DNA of 64,000 bases from assembly GCA_964016885.1 (NCBI GenBank), contig OZ024740.1:310930001-310994000 (forward strand). The letters are read 5' to 3'. Made by a program: the position numbers and the translations under genes. This DNA is from Eledone cirrhosa (lineage: Eukaryota). The notes beneath the pieces were generated by a model. The model did no database searches and was not told where the DNA came from. It was given only the letters and a program-made list of their open reading frames with translations. The first letter of the stretch is position 1. Each line of letters begins with the position of its first letter. Positions 13,501 to 26,890 of this stretch are shown here, piece by piece.

Positions 13501-14004
13501 ATATAAAACTTAATGAAAGATCAGAAACGTTACCTGATCATTCCGGCAACAAATTCGGGCACCAATGAGAGAAAGGAAAATAACACAATACTGGAATTTG
13601 ACCGATCATTTCCTTTTTGTGTTGGTTGCCATTGAGTCCTTCATCGGTGTCGGTCCCAGGAATGCCATTTTTCTACGAAATATCTGGAAGTGCTGGAAGG
13701 ACCATGTGTGAGGGAATTGCTGATGCAGCGGGTGCCACTCGGTGGATTGAAACTAAGATGTTTTGCTCGTTCAAGGGAATCAACTTTCTTCCGTCCATTT
13801 CTCACACCCTTTTTTCTATTTTGTTTCTCACCTTTAATAGTTTTCTCTTTCCTTTCTTTATTTATGATTATTAGTTAAGTTTTTTCAATACTTTTGTTGT
13901 TGATGACTTTACTTTCATTCAGCTTTATACACATATCGTCAACAAAATAAACAAACAATAACAATTTATAAATGCTAAACAGTATATAATATATTTTTCC
14001 TCAG

Positions 14005-14057
14005 GATAAATACACATGCAAGAGAAAATTCAAGCCCTTTAAGAGTATTACGAAGAG
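14005..14057 (+). CDS. Candidate small host exon
   Basis: TTTTTCCTCAG acceptor, AG|GTAGCG donor, two open frames. Confidence 0.25.
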
Positions 14058-14566
14058 GTAGCGATTTTCTTAATCAACAGTTTGTGAGAATTGATGAGTA
14101 AATTCTGATGTGTTATTTTAGCCTTGAAATAGTAGCTGCATATATATTTCTTTTAAAAGTTCATTATAGATCTGTCTTTTCCCCATTACATATAGCATAA
14201 TGGACAAATACAGATATAGTCTTGTTTATTTAATACTATAAGAGAAATGTTATTAAAAGTTCAGCTTCACAAAACATAATGCCATTTTATGAACAAAACA
14301 TACAGAAAAAGAAAGCAGTATTGGAGAGGACTATAAATGTCATAAATGAGAGGAAAAAGAAGAAAGAAATAACGAAGGGGAGAGGATAACAGACACTACA
14401 CCTAGGTCAGAACGGATTATCGTTTGCGCCCTGCGGACATAATGGAAAAGACATGTCCACGTACAATGGCCAGCGATACCCGCTGCTTTGTTTATGACTC
14501 TTTTTCAAGAAAATCGAATTGTGAGAGAACATTCTCGCATAACGACAAATATGTATTTAAAGCTTA

Positions 14567-15062
14567 TCTATATATCTAAAACAGAGAATGTCTGTCTGTA
14601 TGTCTGTCTGTCTCCCTAAAACTCGAGAACAACCCAAACGAGTTTTTTCAAACTTTACACATGTAATGCTTATGGTCGTATGAGTGTTTTGAGCAAAAGA
14701 TATTTCAAATTTTCAATGCCCTAGGGACCACATTAGGCGCCGGTTAGCGATCTCTCTCTTTCTTAGTCTGTCTTTTTAGATAGATACATAGCTATAACGT
14801 CGCGCCCTTATAATATCTGTCTGTATGTCTGACTGTCTGCATTACGACATTATGAAAACATAAAACGCAGAAGTAAATATTTCGAAAAACGTTGCAACCG
14901 AAGGAAAACAGGAAGACGATACTTTGGTTCGTGAAGACGTTGCCTGGCAATGAACGGAAAAAAACGAAGATAATACGTCAGCAATGACAACAATATTTGC
15001 TCTAGGGTTCTTATATATTTGATATATATTTATTCTTATCGAGCCCTCTTTGGTTCGACTAA

Positions 15063-15113
<51 letters not shown>

Positions 15114-15506
15114 GATAACGAAGTCAATGTTTTCATAATGTCGTAATGCAGATAGATACACAGCTATAACGTCGCGCCCCGGTTAAGACGGCACTCGTGG
15201 CTTAGCAATTACATAGTCAACGGTTCGGAAATCACATGCATCCCTGGCGAGTTTACTCCTTACAATACCAGTTAGTCTTAGTGTACTTTGTCCTGCTTTT
15301 AGGTCATGCCTCGAAGAAAGAGATACTCCATTGGCCGAAATACTGCGAAAGCGGCAAGAAAAAGAACAAGGCGGGCAAACGAATCGGCAGTGGAATCTGC
15401 TATTCGACAGTCGCAAGGCCGAGGTATTCCGTACTTCTCTGTACTGTTTCAGAAAGGAGGGATAAACATGCCAATCTATGTTTAGAATCCCGGGCCATTC
15501 TGCTAG
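14567..15506 (+). mobile_element. Non-autonomous Helitron retaining the RepHel N-terminus
   Basis: A|TCTATATATCTAAAA..GAATGTCTGTCTGT start and CTAG|T end. Internal MPRRKRYSIGRNTAKAARKRTRRANES (about 15307-15423) resembles animal Helitron protein starts. Confidence 0.75.
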
Positions 15507-17010
15507 TATGTATGATATTAACTCCACAATTTATATGAACGCTGCTATGCCATTTGTTTTTCGGCTGCAATGACGGAAATCATTTCTTTGTAAATTTTTT
15601 AATATATAGTCCAACTTAATTTCTTTACGGGGTTTACACCAAAAGGAGGAAGAACCTAATAGATGCTATAGAGAGGAATGTGGTACAAACAAATACAAAT
15701 ATGCAGTTGTATTTGGTGCCACTGCACTGTCAATTATATTATCAGGTCAATCCTACTTAATTCTGCTTTATTCATCAATCCTAACTGTAACTACACAAAT
15801 ACCAGGACGGAATTAATAGATGATGCTCTAACCAAGAATTTCGTGAAAATTAAACACACAGTCTTCAGCAATACAGCAGTGTTAATAATGTTAAAATGAT
15901 ATTCCCGGTTATACCCATTAATGTATCTTCTGACATGTGCCATATTTAAACTTGCAATCTCTGTGATATAATGCCCCCATATTATTATCAGAACACCTAA
16001 TTTCCTCCTCAAAGTTATCCAGTGTGGAAGGTCTCTTTCAAATAAATGTACGTTTACTCTGATATGAGATTCTTTTTCCAGCGTATGTTCTCTATTTCTG
16101 TTTTCGTATTTCGAATTTCCCTTTGAAGAAAACTAACATGTATATTCATCTGTACCGTTTTCATTACCTAAAGATTTCTTTTTCTCCTTTCTTTAGTGGA
16201 ATAATCTATAGATTTCCATATCAAAGAGAATAAAAACAGATAGCCTTTGTTCAGAGAATTCTTTTAGAATTATTGATAAAAATTCGTCTTGCATGTTCTT
16301 ATGTCTATAAAGGGAAATCTACAACCGAAACATAATTTATAGCTCTAGCATATTCTGATAGTGATCACCAAAGCAAGGCAATGTATAGAAAGTGTTAATT
16401 TCAACCAAGAAGAAAGTCACTTGATTCCGGAAGTAATTTCTGAAGTAAACTGGAAAATAATAGTATTCTGTAAATGTTTTCGACTTTCCCCGATCAGCAC
16501 ATATTATTCCTCTTGATTACACCAACTTTAATGTTGCTGTAACAGCTCATGCTTGCGTTTTGAAACGTCTATTCCGTTTTTAATATACAGCAATCACGTA
16601 AAAGGTGCAGTAATGTTAATTTCTCTATATAGTATTATTCTGGTACTAGTTCCATTCCGATTTGAAAGCCTTTTATACAAGTATGAATAAGATGAAGACA
16701 ATCCTGTCATTGCCAAAGAAGTTAATGATATTTTCCTAAGCAAACTCACGTAACACTGACGCCTGGATATTGGTGCTTTTGTGAAAAATGTTACCAAATA
16801 AATAATCGAAATGTAGAAATTCTATTATTTGCAATGTTTAATGATCTTATGCCTGAAGGATTCGGTATTTTCTGTTATTTTATTTATGCTTTTCCCAAAA
16901 GTATGTTAATTTAGACTTGGTTTAAGAAATCATTGATTCAAGATTTATTCCAATATTTTTTTCATATATCATCTCTTGAATTTCGTAACAACATATCACT
17001 CTGTTTCCAG

Positions 17011-17058
17011 CAGAAAAGCGTAAAGGTTTTACAGTCAAATAAATGGAATCCATTAACT
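17011..17058 (+). CDS. Candidate host exon (QKSVKVLQSNKWNPLT)
   Basis: CTGTTTCCAG acceptor, GTGAGT donor, phase 0-0. Confidence 0.35.
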
Positions 17059-17412
17059 GTGAGTTAATCAACGCCTTCTGTATACTTGTAACATTTTACA
17101 AGAAAATATATTGAATGGAAATGGATTTGGAAGTGACCTACATGGTAAGATATTTCAACATAAAATTGATAAAATGTGTTTAATTTAGTTTTACATATCA
17201 AGTTAGATATTCCGTATCGGAAATTGCCATGAGATCTCACATCAGAATGCCATTAGAAAATTTCTTACTGATTTAAAAATCTCTAACGTATGTTATCAGG
17301 CAGCAATTAGTATTGTTCTGCGCTTTATCTTCTCCGGGGTAATCTGAACGCTGCAGCTAGTCACGTGGGTGGGATATCGGTCTTTAGTTCGAACTGTCTC
17401 TGTATTCTGTAG

Positions 17413-17467
17413 GTCTGCACTGATGTGCGATTCAATTGGCTAATATCCTTTTTGAGCATATTAACCA
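17413..17467 (+). CDS. Candidate host exon (VCTDVRFNWLISFLSILT)
   Basis: TCTCTGTATTCTGTAG acceptor and GTGAGT donor. Phase is compatible with the previous candidate. Confidence 0.35.
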
Positions 17468-17848
17468 GTGAGTGTAATAGGTCACAGCTATAGGCAATGA
17501 ACATGGCGTGTAGATGAGAACTATTTCATGTATATTTCGATTTCAGTTTTCCCTATAGGGAAACGCCCGCAGAAATGTTCTGATACTGAGACACAAGTGA
17601 TGTAAACAAGACTTTGGGGAGAAATATACTATTGATATTTAGACCTTTCACTACGTCTTTTTTTTAATCTTATATAGCAATTTCGGGGAGGGGGGGGTAA
17701 ATACGTTCATTGATTACACCTTTTCGTTTCGCTGAGCTTCTGCCATTTCAACAGCTTTCTGAACTAACTATTGAAACTAGCTGTTGAAACGGCAGGAACT
17801 CAGCCGTCTGATCCTGACACTTTATAACACATACACATATATATATAT

Positions 17849-18097
17849 ATGTAAGTATGTATGTATACGTACATACATATATGTATACAGACGTACAGTA
17901 GCATGCATATATATATATATATATATACATATATACATACAGGTACACAAAGCGGGCGTTATAATAAGCGTCCGCTAAACTGATACGTACATATATGTAT
18001 GTGTACCTGTATGTATATATATATATATATATGTATATGCATGCTACTGTACGTCTGTATACATATATGTATGTACGTATACATACATACTTACATT
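17849..18097. repeat. Inverted repeat with ~100 bp arms and a GC-rich hairpin in the spacer
   Basis: 17849-17949 is the near-perfect reverse complement of 18000-18097. Confidence 0.9.
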
Positions 18098-18153
18098 TAA
18101 GTAAGTGCCGTAGTAAGAGTGAGAAATGAAATTTCGTTTTCATTTTATTACAA

Positions 18154-18215
<62 letters not shown>

Positions 18216-18244
18216 ATAGGACGTCAGATTTGCAGCTTGTTATG

Positions 18245-18350
18245 AATCTTTATTGCATATTACAACTGTTTACATATCGATTAGTTCGGGTTTGATCAGG
18301 CGATCGGATCCCGACGCTTAATCGACACTTCTTTAGACATGCGCGTTTAC
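18245..18350 (-). ncRNA. Degenerate type I hammerhead motif, long-helix-II family
   Basis: GCATGT-CTAAAGA...GATATG-TAAA-CAGTTG-TA-ATATGC. Aligns by eye with the 24735-24830 and 48095-48185 copies. Confidence 0.45.
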
Positions 18351-18372
18351 ATGGGTGGTCACATCTATCTAT

Positions 18373-18448
<76 letters not shown>

Positions 18449-18499
18449 GGTAAAGACTCACTTTGCACCTAGTAACTTCTCCTCTAGCCAAGATGTTTT

Positions 18500-18715
18500 T
18501 GTGGAAGACCAGTAGTCGCCCTGCAAACCATTTGCCCTCTTGACGTCACCAGTGTCGTCCAAGGGAAAGGCAAAAGCCAATACAGCTTAACACCAAAGAC
18601 GACACAACTTCTTTTTACAGGGTGAAACAAAGTGTCATTGCTCAATGACACAGCGCATCGCTTGGTCCAGGAATTGTGAATCCAGCTCTCTAACCACTAA
18701 GCCTTGCTACTTCAC
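18500..18715 (-). mobile_element. Decayed tRNA-derived SINE (CORE-like central segment)
   Basis: Minus strand GGCTTAGTGGTTAGAG head and TGTGTCATTGAGCAATGACACTT body. Confidence 0.6.
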
Positions 18716-19690
18716 AATTAATGTTTTTGTCTTTCGTCTCTTATTCTTTTTGACAACGTTTAGTAGGGATCGAAACTGCCTAAGTCCATTTCAACGGCTG
18801 ATGACCATGGGGTTCTGTGTCTTTCGTTTGTATAATTTTTTTTATTTTAAATAATTTTTTAAGGTTTCCTCTTACAAAATTATTTTTCATTTTGTTTTCT
18901 TTCCGTTCGTTGTCTTTTCCTTCTTTGTTAATTTTCTTAAGTTTATATATGTGTGTGATGGTGGGGGAAGGGGGACGACGGCTTCCGCACTGTTTCTTTT
19001 TACAAAATTACACTCAGAATGTATTGATCAACCCGAGGCTATAGACATTCTTCCAGTTAAATTAAAGAAGCCAGCATCATACCAGAACTTATATATAGTT
19101 AACATCAGTATACAAATTCATGCGAAACCCTAATTACACAGAAATTGAATTTGAGAAATGAAACCAGCATAACATTTTTTTTTTTTACAAATACACCAAA
19201 AGTTTGAAGAACGCCAACTCATTTTTTGTATTTATTTCTATTTTGTAAAATGTATCTTATTTTTTAGGCAAGAAAATATGTTGGAGAATGATTCAACAGA
19301 AAGATTAGCACATTATACACAACACTGTACACTATTTAGTTATGATCCTCTATGTCTTGGTGTATTTCTTTCTGTTTTTTAGTTTCCTCCCGCCAGAATT
19401 AGAAACTCGGACACCTTATTTAGTTAACTGAACACTTTTTGTGGCCATGTAGCTTCCTATATGGTAATGCTAATACCTCACTAAATTTAGACTGTAACTG
19501 ATTTTGATATCCTATCATTTTAATACGTCTTATCATGACCACTTCACATTCAACAAATTCACGTTCATTAAAATTAGTTGTTTAACAGCAAATTAATAAT
19601 TCTGTTTTCTGGCAAATTAAGATTTAGAAGACATTTTCATATCTTTTCTTTTCCGAGTTATATTTTTTGTTTTTTATTCTTTTATTTCAG

Positions 19691-19850
19691 ACAATGTATT
19701 GGAAAAGTAGTGCACAATACCGAGTAATGTATGAAATCATACAAATTATGAAATGTATCTTCCAGAATTTTAAATGGCTAGCATATATAAGTATAGAATC
19801 AATTTCTAAAGAAAACAAAGACCATTCGTTGTGGATAAGTTTATTTTGAC
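19691..19850 (+). CDS. Candidate host exon, 52 open codons ending in TGA just before the donor
   Basis: Long polypyrimidine tract plus TTTCAG acceptor, GTAAGT donor at 19851. Confidence 0.35.
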
Positions 19851-20055
19851 GTAAGTATCTGTGAAATGAAATATATAAAACTGACAAGTGATATAAGGCT
19901 ATAGACACAACACGTTAATAGAAATATAAGAATCTCAACATAACAAAAAATACAGGATCGAGTTAAATTACAGCTAATACATTTGGAGGGCCATGCTTCC
20001 CATAAAACACACGCGCCTTCTGAGTTTTACTTTGGCTTTATTATTAGTTAAGTAA

Positions 20056-20670
20056 CATAGAGTTACGACCCTTTATGATCTGAGTACAAAACCCGCCGAG
20101 GTTAACTATGCCTTTCATCCTTACGGGGTCGATAAAATAAAGTACCAGTAACGCACTGGGGTATATTTAATCGACTGTCCCCTTCCCCTAAATTGCTGGC
20201 CTTGTGCCTATACTAGAAATCATTATTAGTTAAGTAACTAGGGTTAGCGGATTGGCAGTAACGGTAGAGCGGCGGAAACATGCTTAGCAGTATAGTGTTA
20301 CGTCCCTTTACGTCCTGCGTTCAAATCCCGCCGAGGTCAGCTTTGCCTTTCATCTTTACGGGGTCGATAAAATAAAGTAGCAGTCACGCACTGAGGTCGA
20401 TTTAATCGACTTTCACCTCCCCCAACATTGCTGACCTTGTGCCTAAATCAGAAACCATTATTAATTAGGTAACTAAGGGCGGTGGATTGGCAGTATCGGT
20501 AGAGGGTCGGACGCCATGTTTTGCAGCAAAGAGTTACGGCCCTTTATGGTCTGAGTTCAAATCCCGCCGAGGTTAACTTTGCCTTTCATCCTTACGGGGT
20601 CGATAAAATAAAGTACCAGTAATGCACTGGGATAATTACTGGCTTTGTGCCAAAAGTAGAAATAATTATT
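20056..20670 (+). mobile_element. Three head-to-tail tRNA-derived SINE copies (Meta-like domain)
   Basis: Units at about 20056-20225, 20241-20460 and 20477-20670, each with a B-box-like GTTCAAAT and the TTTCATCCTTACGGGGTCGATAAAATAAAGTACCAG body. Confidence 0.88.
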
Positions 20671-21399
20671 AGTTAGGTTCGTCAGTTGGTTTAGCAAACA
20701 CATGGTTATTTAATCGTCAAAGCTCTTTTGTCACACATTTTGATACCTTTTTCATGCCATATTTTTACCCAGCCCCCCTTTCGATTTTATTCCGGTTACT
20801 CCATGTTTTGTTTTTCTCTTTGTGTCACAGTGGTACGTGTGTATGGTATGCGCATGTGTCTATGTGTGAGACTTATATATATTTATTGCTTCTTCACTTC
20901 ATAAAACAATGTGTCACCTCTGGATTGGACAACAATACCTTAAGCTCCGACGTAAAACGAATCTAGAACAACATTAGTAGCAACCACAATCAGCAATCAT
21001 TTGCAGAACAGCTTAAACAACAACTCCAGCTTAAACGACAATAACAATAACAACGAAAACATAACATCTGCTAAATCTCCCATTAACCAAAGTAAGGATG
21101 ACATAAACACACTCACACACACGCAGTAGTAGAGATTAATCACAATATTAATGGCAGATGTATGAAAGAAGGATAGGAGGAAAGTAGTAGTAGAAACAAT
21201 AAGGAGAGAAATATATAAGTGGTGATGTTGGTGATGGGAAAAAAGACGATGCAGATGTTACAAGCATAACTTAACATGCGTTAAAACTCTCCATTATTCA
21301 ATCCATTCAACAAGTTCTATGACATAAGCTATATTTATCTGATAAAATCACCGTGCCGTTAGAAACCCTGCATCCAACCAAACGCAGACAATGACAGTG

Positions 21400-21950
21400 G
21401 GGTGAAATTTACTCTAGCTAGGACAATACTCAGAGAAATGCTAGAAGAGTATGATAGGAGACAGGTTAGGACGAAGGCCTACACCTTGGTGATGAATACT
21501 AAATGTTCGGTGAAAGCTAATACAGCGCACGAGAAATGGAGATATTGTATGTTTCCCTACAGGCAAGTCTGACAGAATGCCTATAGACAGCCTGCCGAAG
21601 TACATTCAGGCGATTAAACTCCACACCATCAACACAAGAGAAGCAGCACCACGTCTGGATAAAGAAAGAGAGAGAATTCTTCATATTCACATGGTAATCG
21701 AACATATTAAACCACGGAAGTGTACTGTCAACAGTTTCCAGGCCCCTAACAACAACATACCAAGGTTGTATGGCCTTGTAAGGATCACAAAAGACCGAAT
21801 GATCCGATTGTAGAATATCAGAAAGGCCAATCTGCAGAGCAAACATCACCAGCCACTGCAGACTATCATATATTCTCTCAACGATAATGTACCTACTACT
21901 TAAAATGACCCCAAATGGATGCGACAGAATTGAGGAATGCAATCTCTGCT
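21400..21950 (+). mobile_element. Decayed Penelope-like RT fragment
   Basis: IPRLYGLVRITK resembles the PLE motif PRLYGLPKIHK. Confidence 0.5.
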
Positions 21951-23924
21951 GTAACCTGAAGGAAATTTCAATAAATTAAGATTTTATTTCATAAATGATC
22001 AAAATGACTGAGACATGAAAATACGGACAAAAGTACAAGCACAAATTTAGCTTTCTACTTCTTGGAACGCGATATAAAATCCTACAGGAAGATATTTTAA
22101 ATTCCTTTTGTTTTAAGTAGTTAAATATATACAGTAATATACTATGTCAACTTCAATAACCTAGATTTTGTCCTTAAAAAAACATTATGAAGGCAAGTCA
22201 ATAAAAAGAAGTAATTACTATATTCTTTTGGTATTATTCAATACAATTTTTTGTATATTCCTTTCTGTTTATTATGTTTGTTTATTATTGACTTTTAAGG
22301 CTACTTACAAATATAAGTTGCTTATTTGCAATCCTATTATATTATTTTCTTGGTGCTTTTTCTGAGACAATAAAAAGACATAGATAAACTAATCTTAGCA
22401 AAGACGTATATTGACCAAGCAGCTCATGAATTAGTAGACCAGAATGTAACAACACCAAAGTAAACACAACATAACAATGACCACCGACTCATTATGGTTA
22501 TATCATTCAACTAAGTTGCCTCGTGAAACAGAACTTTGAAAGTCCTGCCCTGACATGAAAATCGTTCTGTGATAATTTCCTCCTCAAAATTTATCCTTTC
22601 TTTTTTTATGTCGTTTTCACTACACGCCATTCAAAGAATCATAAAAAAGAAACGAAAATGTGCATTATTTATGTAGAGTATTTTACGTTTGTTTCAATTA
22701 TTCGTTTATTGCCTATTGCTATAGATACGTAAAAACAAATAATCTTATTGATATTCCTATATTGTTTTCAAGAACCTAATCTTTTGAATGTGATTTCTCT
22801 TGACTGGATTTGTTCCAGTCTATGTACGTTTATCACTGATATTAGTGCAAAACATTATATTAATTGACTATATATTGTTGCAAAACATAATATTATATTT
22901 ATCTATGTCAATATGTAATTATCTCATAATTATTTCAATTTAGATATAAACTTTGAACAAGAGGCATATCCACCAATACCTCCTTGGATTTATTGAACTG
23001 TCAATCATAGTTACTACCTAATTGAATTAGCAATATTTTTATCTAATGTTTGTTTTGTTTGATTTAGTTACATTTTTACTACAATGTTCGGTTTTAGCCC
23101 TCTTTGCATAGCAGTCAAATCTTGCTGGGATTAATTCGCCTTTTGTACCTCTTGTAACGGTCGTCAAGTGTTTTGGTTATTTTTCAATATATGTTATAAA
23201 GGATTATGTAATGAGTTTTACAACTATATTTACACTGAATGTTACATAGTTGTTTACTTTAGGATTATGAATAAATGACACATGTAAACTTTGATTACTC
23301 TCAATTTGTAACTGTTTAAATTCATTTTCAATGAAACACCATCATTTAAAATCATTTTATTTTTGTATTTTGAAGCCAGGAAAATAGGCAGTTATTTGCC
23401 GGGCTATTAAGATAGAGTTTACGTGGTTGTTCGCTCTACTAAAATAGCAGGCAATTGCCCTTCCTGTTATGCATATGACTCTTAAAAGAAGAAAATGACA
23501 CATTCGATAGTGTAGTCCTAATTATTCTGGCGTACGATCAAACAATAGCAACATCAACAATGAATACACATTTAACTAGATGCAGGCAATTACCATTGAG
23601 AGTTACATACTGTCTGTGCTGGAAGTCATTACAAGATTTTAACATGCTAGAAGATAATTATGATAAAACTATTCCCAATATTTGATGTGTAACATTCAAT
23701 ATTAATCATGTGGTATTACTAACTCAATCATAGAAAAACGTTTCTAACTTAAGTTAACTCACAATTCTTACACATTGGAAAAAGAAGCCATCCTTCGTCT
23801 GTGCTATCCGGCTTTTTCTCTTTGGAATTAAATTTAAGTCAAACCCTTGTCTTCGTAACCGACGAAGGGCCTACAATATACACACAAGGATGGTGCCCCA
23901 GCATGGCCTCAGCCGGATGGCTGG

Positions 23925-24236
23925 AAAAGTTAAAAGAGTAAAATAGTGTATATATACACTATTTTACTCTTTTAACTTTTATATATAGACACTAACTTTT
24001 ATATATATACACTATTTTACTCTTTTAACTTTTGTGCGCATGTGTCTATGTGTGAGACTTATATATATTTATTGCTTCTTCACTTCATAAAACAATGTGT
24101 CACCTCTGGATTGGGCAACAATACCTTAAGCTCCGACGTAAAACGAATCTAGAACAACATTAGTAGCAACCACAATCAGTAATCATTTGCAGAACAGCTT
24201 AAACAACAACTCCAGCTTAAACGACAATAACAATAA
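23925..24236. repeat. Perfect ~56 bp palindrome with partial re-copies, followed by a ~200 bp duplicate of 20850-21050
   Basis: Direct sequence comparison shows about two mismatches between the duplicates. Confidence 0.9.
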
Positions 24237-24238
24237 TA

Positions 24239-24323
<85 letters not shown>

Positions 24324-24541
24324 CCTTAGTGAAAGATCTCAGTAATACGAAACAATTGTACTTAATGACATAAGTTAGTGTAATAAATATTCATAAATCT
24401 CAATCTCTTTCAACAGATTAAGTGTCTTTTTGCGAAACAACGTTACTCTCTCTCTCTCTCTCTCTACCTATCTATCTATCTGTCTGTCTATCTATCTATC
24501 TATCTTACTCACACACACACACACATACACACACACACATA

Positions 24542-24606
<65 letters not shown>

Positions 24607-24734
24607 TGTATGGGTGCAAGAAAAATTGCGTCTGTAGGCGGTGCCGGGTGAGCACTCGATGCTCGCGCAGAGCAGAGTATAATACTATAAGAATAAAGAA
24701 ACAAAGAGTCAGTATTGCGTCATAACATTTAATA

Positions 24735-24830
24735 AAATATTACATATGTTTCACTATCGATCAGCTCGAGGAACGACCTATTTTTGCTCGAACCTGACTC
24801 TGTAATCGAAAGATCTCTAGATATGCTTCC
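24735..24830 (-). ncRNA. Degenerate type I hammerhead motif, long-helix-II family
   Basis: GCATAT-CTAGAGA...CTGATCGATAGT-GAAA-CATATG-TA-ATAT. Confidence 0.45.
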
Positions 24831-25274
24831 GTAGGTGATCTCGTCTCCGATTCTGCTTCCGAAATTCTCCAGTCAGTAGATATTTTCAGCACAATCTAAC
24901 AACCTGGTATTTTACGTCCTCTCATTGGTTCATTATCTCATCGTCATCATAAGTCTATCCCCGAAGTAACGTCTATCTCTCAACCGGTCTAGCTGCCGTG
25001 TGTATTCATGCATGGAAGACCATCTGCTTGCCCCCACTGCTACACTTGGTTGAAGCGTTCGCTAGGCTATGTCACACTTAGGGTCCGCTGTTCTGGAAAC
25101 TTAGTGATGGGGTGGGCGACCACAGTTCGGACATGAAAGACAAGTGAGATAGTGACTTACACATACATAAACTCACATACAGATCCCTACATATACTCAT
25201 ATTAACATATATACACGTACATAATTACACACATTCATACACACACATATGTAAATACACACGCACACATACGT

Positions 25275-25305
<31 letters not shown>

Positions 25306-25529
25306 CAAACATGTTTTGGGTAGTTTCGGGGAAATATATAATTATTGTGGTGGGCACATGGCCCCTCTGCACCCCCCCCCCCCCAGTTCCACTGCCCCTG
25401 GTATATATATATATATATGCCCCCACCACAATAATTACATTTTTCAACAAAAAAACTACCAATATATATTGTATGTATCTATGTGTGTATGTATGTTTGT
25501 ATGTATGTTTGTATGTATACTGTAAAGTG

Positions 25530-25740
25530 GTCGTGTAGGAGTCACGACAAAAAGCACCCACCACTCACTGTAAATGTGGTTGGTGTTAGGAAGGGCATGC
25601 AGCCGTAGAAAGCAAGTCATAAACAGTTCTGTGTGAGCAAGAAGACATGGTCACCTGACCCAACTTGCCTCAACCGAAACAACCCGTCTAACCCATGCTA
25701 GCGTGGAAATTGGACGTTAAAGGGTGATAATTATGATGAT
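25530..25740 (+). mobile_element. SINE/LINE 3' fragment with an RTE-like (GAT)n tail
   Basis: GGTTGGTGTTAGGAAGGGCAT...ACCCATGCTAGCGTGGAAA..GGACGTTAA..TGATGAT, a recalled octopod repeat tail. Confidence 0.55.
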
Positions 25741-26481
25741 ATATATATATAAGAAAATATATGAAGTGAGAGCGAAAGAGATATAGAGAGTGTTAGATTG
25801 AACATCTTGACCTTAAAATTGAAATAATTCCCATGAACATGTAATAGTTTTCCTGAAGTTTCACTAAATACGAATAAGCACCTTCCTTTGATTGTTTCAC
25901 TTTTGGCTGTAGCCTTCTCACAATAAGCAATATATAGTAAATGCTCTGTTTTCGTCCCATAAATTTGTATTAAACTGATTTTCTCATATGCCGTATGTTT
26001 AAACCATTAATGTCAAATTCTAGATAATGATGTATTATACTTAAGGTCAATTTATCTTATCGAAGTGAGGTTACGTTGGTGATATGGTCGGAAACAATGA
26101 AAGCCCTATTAACACAACAAGCTAAATAAGCAATAATGCATCTAAAATCTTCTCATGAAAATGAAATCAATGAAAAGTAATATGGTTTGCTGCGTAATAT
26201 TTGATAGGAAATTTACCTTTCAACCTGTATATATCTAAACGATATTGGCAGCACTTAGCTAAATAGATTAATCCTCACGTGGCTGACAGGATACATACCT
26301 CTCATATTCTGCTTTCAGTTTATTTGGTTATTCTTTCCTACAGGTAAACTTTCGATTTCTACATAATGGAAATTAATCAATTTGTTAAAAGAAAAGTTAA
26401 AAATCCAGTATATGTTTGGCCCATAGCTTTTTCTTTTTACGAACAGCGGTACAGTTGTGTAAATACATACACATGCACGCG

Positions 26482-26544
<63 letters not shown>

Positions 26545-26547
<3 letters not shown>

Positions 26548-26765
26548 GACTGAGTGGTTAGAGAATTGGATTCGCAATCGTGAGGCTGTGAGTTCCATTC
26601 CCGGACAGGGTGATGCGTTATGTCCTTGAGCAGGACACTTTATTTCACGTTGATCCTTCTACCTGGAGTTGCGACCGATAGATAATATTACCAATTCGAA
26701 AGACAAGTGGAAACATTGTTTCCTCGGTCCGATTTGACGAAAGTCAATCGTTCCTTTATTAATTC
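26545..26765 (+). mobile_element. tRNA-derived SINE (CORE-like segment)
   Basis: TGACTGAGTGGTTAGAG A box, GAGTTCCATTCC B box, TGTCCTTGAGCAGGACACTT. Paralogue at 28958-29175. Confidence 0.75.
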
Positions 26766-26890
26766 ATATATATATATATATATAAGTATTGAAATTTCCG
26801 TTGGAAACAGAAAAGGTCATAGAAATGAAGAGTGCTCTATGTAAGTATCAGAGCAAAATTTAATGTATAAAAATCAATACAATATAATTA

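Noticed and set aside
13537-13790. GC-richer segment with a minus-strand donor (CAG|GTAACG) as a possible exon
   Set aside because: All three minus frames hit stops within it and there is no recognisable motif. It could be a UTR exon, but this is unsupported.
20041-20676. Repeat-spacer pattern resembling a CRISPR array
   Set aside because: The units are ~200 bp homologous SINEs, the context is eukaryotic and there are no cas genes.
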